A DNA stretch of 49,176 nucleotides, taken from contig CAYMML010000001.1 of the NCBI GenBank assembly GCA_964391515.1, positions 1 through 49,176 of the forward strand, read 5' to 3'. The position numbers and the translations under genes were made by a program. Below the pieces are notes generated by a model. That model was not told the origin of the DNA. It saw nothing but the letters and a program-made list of their open reading frames with translations, and ran no database searches. Below are positions 42,001 through 49,176 of this stretch, piece by piece. Each line of letters begins with the position of its first letter. The first letter of the stretch is position 1. The stretch comes from an uncultured Thermodesulfovibrio sp. Lineage in GTDB: Bacteria; Nitrospirota; Thermodesulfovibrionia; Thermodesulfovibrionales; JdFR-85.

Positions 42001-43720
42001 CCGTTTCTCCCCTTTCCGGTGGGAATATCGCCGTAAATTCTACACCACCTTCAGGGAGATTTTCAACAATGAGTTCCCCACCGTGCCCCTTCACTATAGA
42101 GTATGTGATGCTCAGACCAAGCCCTGTCCCCTTACCCACATCCTTGGTGGTAAAGAAGGGCTCAAATATCCTTGAAAGTATCTCCTCTGGGATACCAGGG
42201 CCGTTGTCGGACACGGAAAGATAAACCCCCTCTGTCCGTTCCCCCGTCTCAATGGTTATGACCTTCTCCTCCTGCTCTCTCTCGCCAAGGGCATCCTGGG
42301 CGTTTTTGAGGAGGTTTATAACCACCTGTCCAAGTTGAACGGGATCACCCATCACCGGGGGAGGTGCACCGAGATCCATACGAAGTTCTATACCGCTTGA
42401 GCGAAGTTCATAGATAAGGAGGTCAACCATCCTTTCAACGATGTCATCAATCTGGCATGGCTCCTCCCTGAGGGGCTGCTTCCTTGCAAATTCAAGCAGG
42501 TTTTTAATGATGTTAGAGGCACGCTTTGTGGCGGAAAATATCTTTTCAAGTTTTCTTCTATCCTCGTCAGAGATGTCCTTCCTCTCAAGCAGGATCTCAG
42601 AGTACCCAAGCGATACAGAGAGGGGGTTATTCAGTTCATGGGCTATCCCGGCAACCAGTTCTCCAAGGGCAACCAACTTTTCGGACTGAAGTGCCCGCTC
42701 TTCCATCTCCCGCTCCTTTGAGATATCCTTCCCCACCCATATCCCACCATGAATGAGCCCCGCATTGCTTTTAAGCGGATAGGTGGAGACGCTTATAACC
42801 GTCTGCCCCTTTTCAAGCAGTCTCTTTACTGGCTTGCCTGTCTTTATGGTCTCCTGTATGGGACAGTCTTCAAGTTCAAAATACTCTCTGCAAACCAGAT
42901 CATACAAACTCTCTCCCTCACCGGAGGTACCAAAGTGCTCCTTGAAGGCACGGTTTGTCTGCACTATGCTGCCCTCTGCGTCTGTAACCGCCATCATCTC
43001 GTCAATAGAGTCAAAGGTCTCCTGCCAGTGCCTTGACCAGTTGAGGAGTTTCTCCTCCTTGATCTTTAACTCCCTCTGAAGTGCAGAAAAGGCATCACCC
43101 ACCTGTTTGAACTCACCGGTAAACTCCAGGTTGGAGGTCTCCTCCCCTGCACCGATCCTCCTGGTGGCTGAAAGGAGGTTTTCAATAGTGGATTGGATCT
43201 TCACAAGCACCAGTATGCTGAACAGTATAAGTATGAGAAAGATGAGGAACACCGTGCCGAAAAACAGCGGTATTATTATCGACGAAATCCGCTCCGCCCG
43301 GCGGCTCCGTTCCTCCATCAGAGTCTGCCCCTCCTGTGAGGCATCCCTTGTGAGTTTCCAGAGACTCCCAAGTAGTTCGTCCTGAAAACCCCCTTTTCCC
43401 ACCTCCTCAACAAGTGCGGTTATCTCCGTGAGGTCACTAAGTGCCTCTCCGGTATGGTGACAACCCTTGCAATTGCCGGAAATGGCCTTTATGCTCTCAT
43501 ACTGCCTTTTTAGGGTTGCATCATCCACCCCTTGAAGTTTGAGCCTCCGTAACTGCTCCACCGAGATGTAAAGACGGTCACGCAGCCCGGCGCTCTTTCC
43601 TGCCTCCACCATTGTGTTTAGGGCAGAGTGGAGTTCTGATAGGGCATACCATGAGAGCCCAAACCCACTCACGGATACTATCGTAAAAAGCACAATCAGA
43701 AGCAGGACATATCGTTTCAT
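41975..43720 (-). CDS. Sensor histidine kinase (2 TM, periplasmic domain with CxxCH, PAS, HisKA, HATPase)
   Basis: TM1 at residues 4-25 and TM2 at about 147-172. CKGCH at residues 84-88 lies in the periplasmic loop. H-box IAHELNNPL, G1 DNGPGI, G2 GTGLGL. Confidence 0.88.
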   Translation of the reverse strand: MKRYVLLLIVLFTIVSVSGFGLSWYALSELHSALNTMVEAGKSAGLRDRLYISVEQLRRLKLQGVDDATLKRQYESIKAISGNCKGCHHTGEALSDLTEITALVEEVGKGGFQDELLGSLWKLTRDASQEGQTLMEERSRRAERISSIIIPLFFGTVFLIFLILILFSILVLVKIQSTIENLLSATRRIGAGEETSNLEFTGEFKQVGDAFSALQRELKIKEEKLLNWSRHWQETFDSIDEMMAVTDAEGSIVQTNRAFKEHFGTSGEGESLYDLVCREYFELEDCPIQETIKTGKPVKRLLEKGQTVISVSTYPLKSNAGLIHGGIWVGKDISKEREMEERALQSEKLVALGELVAGIAHELNNPLSVSLGYSEILLERKDISDEDRRKLEKIFSATKRASNIIKNLLEFARKQPLREEPCQIDDIVERMVDLLIYELRSSGIELRMDLGAPPPVMGDPVQLGQVVINLLKNAQDALGEREQEEKVITIETGERTEGVYLSVSDNGPGIPEEILSRIFEPFFTTKDVGKGTGLGLSITYSIVKGHGGELIVENLPEGGVEFTAIFPPERGETVEEDTGNR

Positions 43721-43805
43721 GGTTTATTATAACCTTTTTAAGGTCTTATCGACCCTATTAGCGACAGTCTTTAATAGGAAGTTATTGGCTTTGCCCCTTT
43801 GCCCT

Positions 43806-43844
43806 TTCACATCTTCACCGATTCACCTATTTCACCCATTCACC
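43806..43844. repeat. Five tandem GGTGAA (minus strand) units at 8-9 nt spacing
   Basis: Forward TTCAC(C) at 43806, 43814, 43822, 43831 and 43839. The array spans the DUF1858 stop codon and is followed by GGGCAAAG x2 (43788-43803). Confidence 0.8.
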
Positions 43845-44029
43845 CTGCTTTTTATCTCATCAATGAGTTCTGAGAGGTTTAGTCCCTTTTCTCTTGCCAC
43901 ACGGGCAAGGCTCCAGTTGAGGTTAGAGTCGAGCCCGCACCCGCAAAGCCCGATGTCCATCATGAAGTCGGTAAGTTCCGGATACTCCCTGAGTATCTCG
44001 CTTACCCTCTTATCAGGAGTTATCTCCAT
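43832..44029 (-). CDS. DUF1858 (hybrid-cluster-protein-associated redox disulfide) domain protein
   Basis: MEITPDKRVSEILREYPELTDFMMDIGLCGCG is typical of DUF1858. ATG 44029 has a GGAG SD; the track uses TTG 44041. Confidence 0.7.
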   Translation of the reverse strand: MEITPDKRVSEILREYPELTDFMMDIGLCGCGLDSNLNWSLARVAREKGLNLSELIDEIKSRVNG

Positions 44030-44051
44030 TTTACGCTCCAATTAAAGAATT

Positions 44052-44090
44052 AAAGGCCTCCCCGCCCGGGAAGAGGCGGATGAGGCCTTT
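44052..44090 (-). terminator. Long GC-rich hairpin downstream of the rhodanese gene (terminator-like, U-tracts on both sides)
   Basis: AAAGGCCTC...CCGCC-loop-GGCGG...GAGGCCTTT, flanked by TTTTGTTTT on the plus strand and TTAATTCTTT on the minus strand. Confidence 0.6.
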
Positions 44091-44121
44091 TGTTTTGCAA
44101 CATGTGCTCAAATAACAGGGA

Positions 44122-45150
44122 TTAGTGTTTCTTCCCTTTCAACTGCTTTTCCAGTTTCTCCACCTTCTTGGTGAGTTTCTTCAGCGTCTTGTTTACCTTT
44201 GCAAAGTTGTACCATTGCTCACCGTTAGGTGCCTCCACCGGATAGTCGGCATAGTGCGAGCCCCATACACGCCATGACTCATCCCAGTTTGCCGGGTCTT
44301 TGAACCCCATAAGGCGCAACTCAAAATATGTGAGCGTGGAACGGGTACCCGTCTGGCAGTAGCCGATGGTCCTCTTGTTCTTGTCAAGTTTTCCAAACGC
44401 CTTCTCAAGCACATCAGGATCAAGATAGGCAACAGGCTTCATCTTACCTGTCTTCTTATCTTTCACCTTCTTCATGGTATCCAGATGCGAGACATTGATT
44501 GTCACATTAGGAACATGGCCACACCTTATGGCACGGCAGTCCTTCCCGAGGAACTCCTTGTGTGTCCTTGAGTCTATAAGGTTTACTCCCTTCTTTTTCC
44601 CCTGAGCGATCTTCAGTATCTCGTCCGTGGATGCATACCGGCTGTGAACCACCTTTGCCTTAAATGTCTTTGGTGCCTTCTTGACAGGCTTTTTGTCAAG
44701 CCGGTAACCTGCATTCCTCCAGGCATCGATCCCACCGTTAAGGACATGCGCCTTATCATGCCCCAGGTACTCCATGATCCAGAACGCCACCGTTGCATCC
44801 GGCATGTCCTTCACGCTGCCGTAATAAAACACCACATGCGTGTCATTGCCGATCCCCACCTTGCTAAAGAGTTTCTCATACTTGGATGTGTCTCTCCAGA
44901 CCCTCGCAGTTGCATCTCTCAGTGCCTTTTTGCACCTCTTCCCAAGGCTTATGGCACCGGGGATGTGCCCCTTCACATAATCCTTTAGTTCCCGGCAGTC
45001 AACCACCACCCAGTCCGGTTTTTCGATGTTCTTCTTGACGATCTCCGGCGTCACGAGAAGGTCGGGGTTTGCCCACTTTGCCGCCCATACGGTAGGCCCC
45101 ACCATCAGGAGACCCACAATGACTGTGACAATAACCAGTCCTTTCCTCAT
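44122..45150 (-). CDS. Exported tandem-rhodanese sulfurtransferase
   Basis: Sec signal peptide (VGLLMVGPTVWA-AK), two rhodanese modules, active-site loop CQTGTRS in the second, and a Lys-rich coiled C-terminal tail. Confidence 0.85.
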   Translation of the reverse strand: MRKGLVIVTVIVGLLMVGPTVWAAKWANPDLLVTPEIVKKNIEKPDWVVVDCRELKDYVKGHIPGAISLGKRCKKALRDATARVWRDTSKYEKLFSKVGIGNDTHVVFYYGSVKDMPDATVAFWIMEYLGHDKAHVLNGGIDAWRNAGYRLDKKPVKKAPKTFKAKVVHSRYASTDEILKIAQGKKKGVNLIDSRTHKEFLGKDCRAIRCGHVPNVTINVSHLDTMKKVKDKKTGKMKPVAYLDPDVLEKAFGKLDKNKRTIGYCQTGTRSTLTYFELRLMGFKDPANWDESWRVWGSHYADYPVEAPNGEQWYNFAKVNKTLKKLTKKVEKLEKQLKGKKH

Positions 45151-45597
45151 ACCGTTACCTCCCTTCGTTTTTCCTCACCTATAAGTGAGAAGATTTGTCG
45201 ATATAAAAGCAATTTATATACCATCCCTTTTCGGGGCTTTAGAGGGGCAGATTTGTCCTTTTCGGAACAGAAGAAAAGGTGGGATGGCCTGTTAAGGACA
45301 GAATGGTTAAGCATCTGTGTTTAAAGGGGTCGTTATTGAATTGTGACGTCTATTCGTTTCATCCTGGGGAAACAATCACCTTTGAGTAGATTATTTTCGA
45401 ACGGTTTAAATAGAATTGCTCGATGGTGGCCATTCTGAGCGTTAGCGAAGAACCTCTTGTAAGGAGACCCTTCGCATAGCCTGTTCTGAACGAATGAGAA
45501 GAGTCAGGGTGGCTGATAGCAAAGGTTTCAAATATACCCTTTCGTAATTAGGGTTTATATATTGTATTTTATCCATGCGATATGATAAACTATTCAT

Positions 45598-46845
45598 ATG
45601 CAGAATGATAATCATTCACTTCAAAAATGGATATACAAGAAAAGGTGGGTGGCCTCTCTGGTTAAAGAAGCCCTTAAGGATTTTTCTATTGTAGTAATCA
45701 CAGGAGCCAGACAGGTGGGTAAAAGCACTTTTTTAGAGAAAGAGTTTCAGGGCTTTAAGTATGTTAACCTTGATGAGTTTGATTATCTTTTACAGGCAAA
45801 GACTGATCCAGAGCCTCTATGGATTGATTCAGACAGGGTTATTATAGATGAAGCACAGAGGGTGCCTGAAATCTTTCCATATATTAAGGCCACTGTGGAT
45901 AGGGCAAAAGGTAAAAAGAGATTTATCCTTTCAGGCTCATCAAATATCCTTCTTATGAAGAACATTTCAGAATCCCTTGCAGGAAGAGCCATCTACCTGG
46001 AAATGTTTCCTATGACAGTGGCAGAGGCAGAGGGGATAAGTAGACCGAGGAATTTCCAGGAGATACTTAAAGGAAAGACTGTTAAGGAGCAAGAACCTGG
46101 TGAGAAAGAGCCTATTAAATATCTACTCAGGGGGCTGATGCCACCGCTACTATTTATTAAAAACCTCCGGAGCATACTATTGTGGTGGGAGGGGTATATA
46201 AAGACCTACCTTGAAAGAGACCTCAGGGAACTTTCTCAAATAGATTCATTGATAGATTTCAGAAGGGTGCTTGAAGCAATAGCACCAAGGACAGCAACAG
46301 TGATAAATCAGACCGATATCGCCAGAGATACTGGTGTAAGCCAGCCAACCATTTCAAGGTATCTCAAACTACTTGAAATATCAAATATGGTTTTAAAACT
46401 CCCTGCCTTTTACACAAACAGGATTAAAAGGATTGCAAAATCTCCAAAACTATTTTTTATTGATCCTGCGCTTTCTGTTTATCTTTCAGGATACCATGAT
46501 AGGGATTCTTTGAAAAAATCAAGAGAGATAGGACAGTTTTTTGAAACCCTTGTTTTTCTTCATTTAAAGGTGCTTGCAGAATGTATGGTGCCAAAGGGAA
46601 GGCTTTACTACTGGAGAACCGTAACTGGTAAAGAGGTTGATTTTGTGCTTGAGCAGGGGAAAAACCTCTATGCCTTTGAGGTAAAGCTATCAAAGAAACC
46701 ACTCCTTAATGATGCAAAAAACCTTATAGAATTTACAGGACATTTTCCCGAAACAAAGATGACATTTTTAGTACATGCAGGAGGTACAATAAGATACCTT
46801 CATTCAAAAGTACTTGCTGTTCCATGGTGGTGGATACTCAGATAA
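45598..46845 (+). CDS. AAA ATPase with DUF4143-type C-terminal domain
   Basis: Walker A GARQVGKST, Walker B VIIDEAQ, central HTH-like segment (DIARDTGVSQPTISRYLKLL), and a C-terminal D...E-x-K pattern (EVDFVLE...AFEVKLS). Confidence 0.8.
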   Translation: MQNDNHSLQKWIYKKRWVASLVKEALKDFSIVVITGARQVGKSTFLEKEFQGFKYVNLDEFDYLLQAKTDPEPLWIDSDRVIIDEAQRVPEIFPYIKATVDRAKGKKRFILSGSSNILLMKNISESLAGRAIYLEMFPMTVAEAEGISRPRNFQEILKGKTVKEQEPGEKEPIKYLLRGLMPPLLFIKNLRSILLWWEGYIKTYLERDLRELSQIDSLIDFRRVLEAIAPRTATVINQTDIARDTGVSQPTISRYLKLLEISNMVLKLPAFYTNRIKRIAKSPKLFFIDPALSVYLSGYHDRDSLKKSREIGQFFETLVFLHLKVLAECMVPKGRLYYWRTVTGKEVDFVLEQGKNLYAFEVKLSKKPLLNDAKNLIEFTGHFPETKMTFLVHAGGTIRYLHSKVLAVPWWWILR

Positions 46846-46861
46846 AATGACGATAACTTCT

Positions 46862-46906
46862 CCCCCTCTGCCCATCATCCTATACTGCTTCGGAGATGTG
46901 GTGTGA
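46862..46906. repeat. Imperfect ~45-50 nt direct repeat, copy A (partner at 47612-47660)
   Basis: Shared blocks occur in the same order: CCCCCTC, CATCCT, TAT, and the exact 13-mer TCGGAGATGTGGT. The two copies bracket the vapBC cassette. Confidence 0.45.
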
Positions 46907-46908
46907 TT

Positions 46909-47307
46909 CTAACGGATCATTCTTTCGCTCTTTAAGGAAGAATATTTAGCAATTATCTCAAAATGTTTGTCGAGATGGTACAGTACAGCATCATTATTAA
47001 TGGCAGAAGAAGCAATAATGAGATCAGTAGAAGGAACAGTTTTACCCTTTGCCCTGAGTTTAGAACCTAATAAAGATGCATCAATAAATTCCTTTTCAGA
47101 CAAAGGTAGAAAATGGAAACCCTTAAAATCTGATTTTACCTTTTCAAAATCAGACTTGTGTGATATCCCACTGAGTACCTCTACCATGATTATACCATTT
47201 ATGGCAACAAGGTCATGATATATTGCCTCTTTGATAACGTCCTTTATCTTATCACTGCCATCAGCCCTGTAATACTCTATAAAAACTGAACTATCAACGA
47301 GTATCAT
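46909..47307 (-). CDS. vapC: PIN-domain toxin VapC
   Basis: MILVDSSVFIEY N-terminus, acidic PIN residues (E at VEVLSG, D at TDLIIASSA, D at LDKHF). 4-nt overlap with the antitoxin gene. Confidence 0.85.
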   Translation of the reverse strand: MILVDSSVFIEYYRADGSDKIKDVIKEAIYHDLVAINGIIMVEVLSGISHKSDFEKVKSDFKGFHFLPLSEKEFIDASLLGSKLRAKGKTVPSTDLIIASSAINNDAVLYHLDKHFEIIAKYSSLKSERMIR

Positions 47308-47507
47308 CCCTCTTTCCTTAGTTTGAGAAGTTCATCAACTGTAATGTCAATCTTTATCTTGCCAGCATGCTCAATAGCCTGTTCACGGCGTTTTTTTCTT
47401 ACCAACTCTCTAAGCGCCTCCTCTATGACCTGTTTTTTTACCTTTTTGCCGAGTAGTGTCTGTGCCTCTTCAAGCAGGTCCTTGTCGACTGTTATTGTCA
47501 TCCTCAT
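47304..47507 (-). CDS. vapB: VapB-type antitoxin (DUF2191-like)
   Basis: 67 aa. MRMTITVDKDLLEEAQ N-terminus typical of type II antitoxins. Directly upstream of vapC. Confidence 0.8.
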   Translation of the reverse strand: MRMTITVDKDLLEEAQTLLGKKVKKQVIEEALRELVRKKRREQAIEHAGKIKIDITVDELLKLRKEG

Positions 47508-47611
47508 AATGCACCTCTATAATACACTTTATTTATACACCATTATTTTACACCAATAGAAGGTAATCCATCAAATAAAATTGTTATTCAGGTATTATGG
47601 CCATCAAAACA

Positions 47612-47660
47612 CCCCCTCATCCAACATCCTGTATCGCACCAACTCGGAGATGTGGTAGAA
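47612..47660. repeat. Imperfect ~45-50 nt direct repeat, copy B
   Basis: See copy A. Confidence 0.45.
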
Positions 47661-47721
47661 TTGAATATCCTATGCTCTTTCAAGGGATATATTTTTAACT
47701 CAATGGCAACGCTAACTCAAC

Positions 47722-47905
47722 ATGCTCATCATTGATACTAAAATCATCATATCTCATCTAAATTAAGTTTAGAAGAAATCTAAAACTATCCCTGGGAGAC
47801 AGTGTTATCGTAGCAACTGCATATTTGACAGGTTCTCACCTTGTAACTTTAGACAAAGGAGTTATTCGAAAAGCTAAGAATACCGTCCCAATTATTACTA
47901 TCTAA
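47722..47905 (+). pseudogene. Decayed PIN-domain (vapC-like) gene
   Basis: The N-terminal fragment MLIIDTKIIISHLN ends at a stop. After a frame change, a C-terminal fragment follows: ...SLGDSVIVATAYLTGSHLVTLDKGVIRKAKNTVPIITI. About 60 central residues of a normal PIN domain are missing. Confidence 0.7.
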
Positions 47906-47972
47906 TGGAACAGTCACAAAAGACGAAAGGTCACTTGCCAGTGCTTTTAGCGAGGGCAACAATTAAGGTTCT

Positions 47973-49176
47973 CTATGTAAACAGCCTATAAGAAGGAACT
48001 GCCCAGATAGATGGCTCTGCAAGTTTTCTGATCTCATCCCCTCTGTAAATCACTATACCGCCAAGCCACTCTTTGCCTATCCTCTTTGCAATCTCTTTCA
48101 TTGCCCTTATATCACCTGAGGCGAGGTTTTTCCGTGCCTTTACCTCCATTCCTATAATGCTGTTACCTCTCTGTAGTATTATGTCAAGCTCAAGTCCAGA
48201 ACGGGTACGATAAAAATAGGTCTCAACATCTTTTTGAGTAGTCTTTATCCACTTGACAATCTCACCCACTACCATGGTCTCGTATATTTCACCACTAATT
48301 GTGTCTCTGTATCCGCTTAGTTGTCTCAGTAGCCCCACATCAATCCAGTAAAGTTTTGGGCTCTTAATCACGGTGCTGGTTATATTTTTGTAATAAGGTT
48401 TAAGAAGGATCACCTGATAGGATATCTTTAGGTACTGAAGATACCTCCTTGCAGTGTCCACACTTATACCGGTATCCCTTGCAAGTTCTGAGTAGTTAAG
48501 TAACCTTGCTGACCTTAGGGCAGTAAGTTTCTGAAACTCTCTAAAAGGCGTCAGGTCATCAAGCCTTGCAAGATCAGAAAGGTCTCGCTCAAGATAGGTA
48601 TAGCCATAGTCTCTCAGCCACTTCCACCTTTCACCATCAGAAAGTTGCAGGAGTGCCGGCATCCCTCCCCACTTTAATAAATACTGCTCTGCCTCCTTCC
48701 TTAATGCTGCCTCTTTACCTAAAAGTACAGACGGAACAGAACCCAAAACCTCATCAACTGGTAAACCGTCGCATAACCTGTCAATTAAAGGCGGATTTAC
48801 TGCCCTGTCATCAATGCTATAAAGCAGTTCACACATCATCAATGGCCAGAGTTCATATATTGATACCCTTCCAGCAAGGGTTTCTCTAATCTTCTTTAAA
48901 AGCAGTATCTGGCTTGAACCAAGTATCACCTGGAAGGATATATCACCTTCGTCATAGGCATACTTTATCTTCTCAAACACTACCGGCAATTTTTGTGCTT
49001 CATCAATCACCGCATCTCCCACATCTTTATACCACAATTCTGTAGGGATCAACCTTATGGCATCCCTGTTTTCAGGGGCATCAAGATTGATGTATCTCAG
49101 GTCAGCATATTTGCTACGGGCAAGGGTGGTCTTTCCTGTCTGCCTGGCTCCTGTAATAAGAACAATCTCCTTTTTC
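47973..49176 (-). CDS. AAA ATPase with DUF4143-type C-terminal domain (partial; N-terminus runs off the window)
   Basis: The track start at 49052 is an internal TTG (Leu). The frame stays open to the window end and encodes KKEIVLITGARQTGKTTLARSKYADLRYINLD (Walker A). Paralogue of 45598-46845. C-terminal ELDIIL...MEVKA motif. Confidence 0.82.
   Translation of the reverse strand, partial: KKEIVLITGARQTGKTTLARSKYADLRYINLDAPENRDAIRLIPTELWYKDVGDAVIDEAQKLPVVFEKIKYAYDEGDISFQVILGSSQILLLKKIRETLAGRVSIYELWPLMMCELLYSIDDRAVNPPLIDRLCDGLPVDEVLGSVPSVLLGKEAALRKEAEQYLLKWGGMPALLQLSDGERWKWLRDYGYTYLERDLSDLARLDDLTPFREFQKLTALRSARLLNYSELARDTGISVDTARRYLQYLKISYQVILLKPYYKNITSTVIKSPKLYWIDVGLLRQLSGYRDTISGEIYETMVVGEIVKWIKTTQKDVETYFYRTRSGLELDIILQRGNSIIGMEVKARKNLASGDIRAMKEIAKRIGKEWLGGIVIYRGDEIRKLAEPSIWAVPSYRLFT

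Noticed and set aside
45425-45513. Imperfect palindromic/direct-repeat element (CATTCTGAGCGTTAGCGAAGAAC ... GTTCTGAACGAATGAGAAGAG, flanked by GGTGGC) upstream of the first DUF4143 ATPase. It resembles short dispersed elements seen in some anaerobe genomes.
   Set aside because: The two halves match at only about 14 of 22 positions. There is one copy in the window, and I cannot verify any family relationship without a genome-wide search.

Overview
About 50% GC chromosomal window from an anaerobic, flagellated bacterium with a reductive-type dissimilatory sulfite reductase system. The lineage cannot be fixed from sequence alone; gene content fits Nitrospirota/Thermodesulfovibrionia-like or Desulfobacterota organisms. 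Layout: (1) 1-10.6 kb, minus strand: complete dsr locus dsrAB-dsrD-dsrN-(two unknown ORFs)-dsrC-(ORF in the dsrT position)-dsrMKJOP. (2) 11-14.6 kb: tRNA-Arg(CCT), a TIGR00725/LOG-like protein, and a membrane histidine kinase with an NtrC-type sigma54 activator. (3) 15-20.8 kb, plus strand: cmk-ispH-rpsA-sppA-ihfB, then a Rieske/cytochrome b6 pair with no subunit IV. (4) 20.8-24.6 kb, minus strand: recR-ybaB-dnaX, SRP (4.5S) RNA, tRNA-Ser(GGA), cysK. (5) 24.8-27.7 kb: a TetR/DsrE-like unit with a consensus promoter and palindromic operator, and an HDOD/degenerate-kinase-receiver unit. (6) 28-29.5 kb: orphan PilT-type ATPase with an MshEN (c-di-GMP receptor type) N-domain. (7) 29.6-39.7 kb: flagellar operons flgM-flgN-flgK-flgL-csrA-fliW-pfk and flgF-flgG-flgA-flgH-flgI-flgJ(M23), with readable sigma28 and sigma54 promoters. 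(8) 39.9-45.2 kb: a signalling/sulfur block of HDOD, CheY-like receiver, PAS kinase with a periplasmic CxxCH, DUF1858 and periplasmic rhodanese. (9) 45.6-49.2 kb: accessory islet with two convergent AAA/DUF4143 ATPases flanking vapBC and a decayed vapC. I saw no CRISPR array, rRNA, transposase, integrase or reverse transcriptase. I found no single obvious novel multi-gene machine. The best candidates for new biology are the uncharacterised genes and regulatory architecture inside the dsr locus, the TetR/DsrE-like unit, the sigma28-driven HDOD unit next to a haem-c-type sensor kinase, and the DUF4143/TA islet. All family assignments come from motif reading by eye and are not database-verified.
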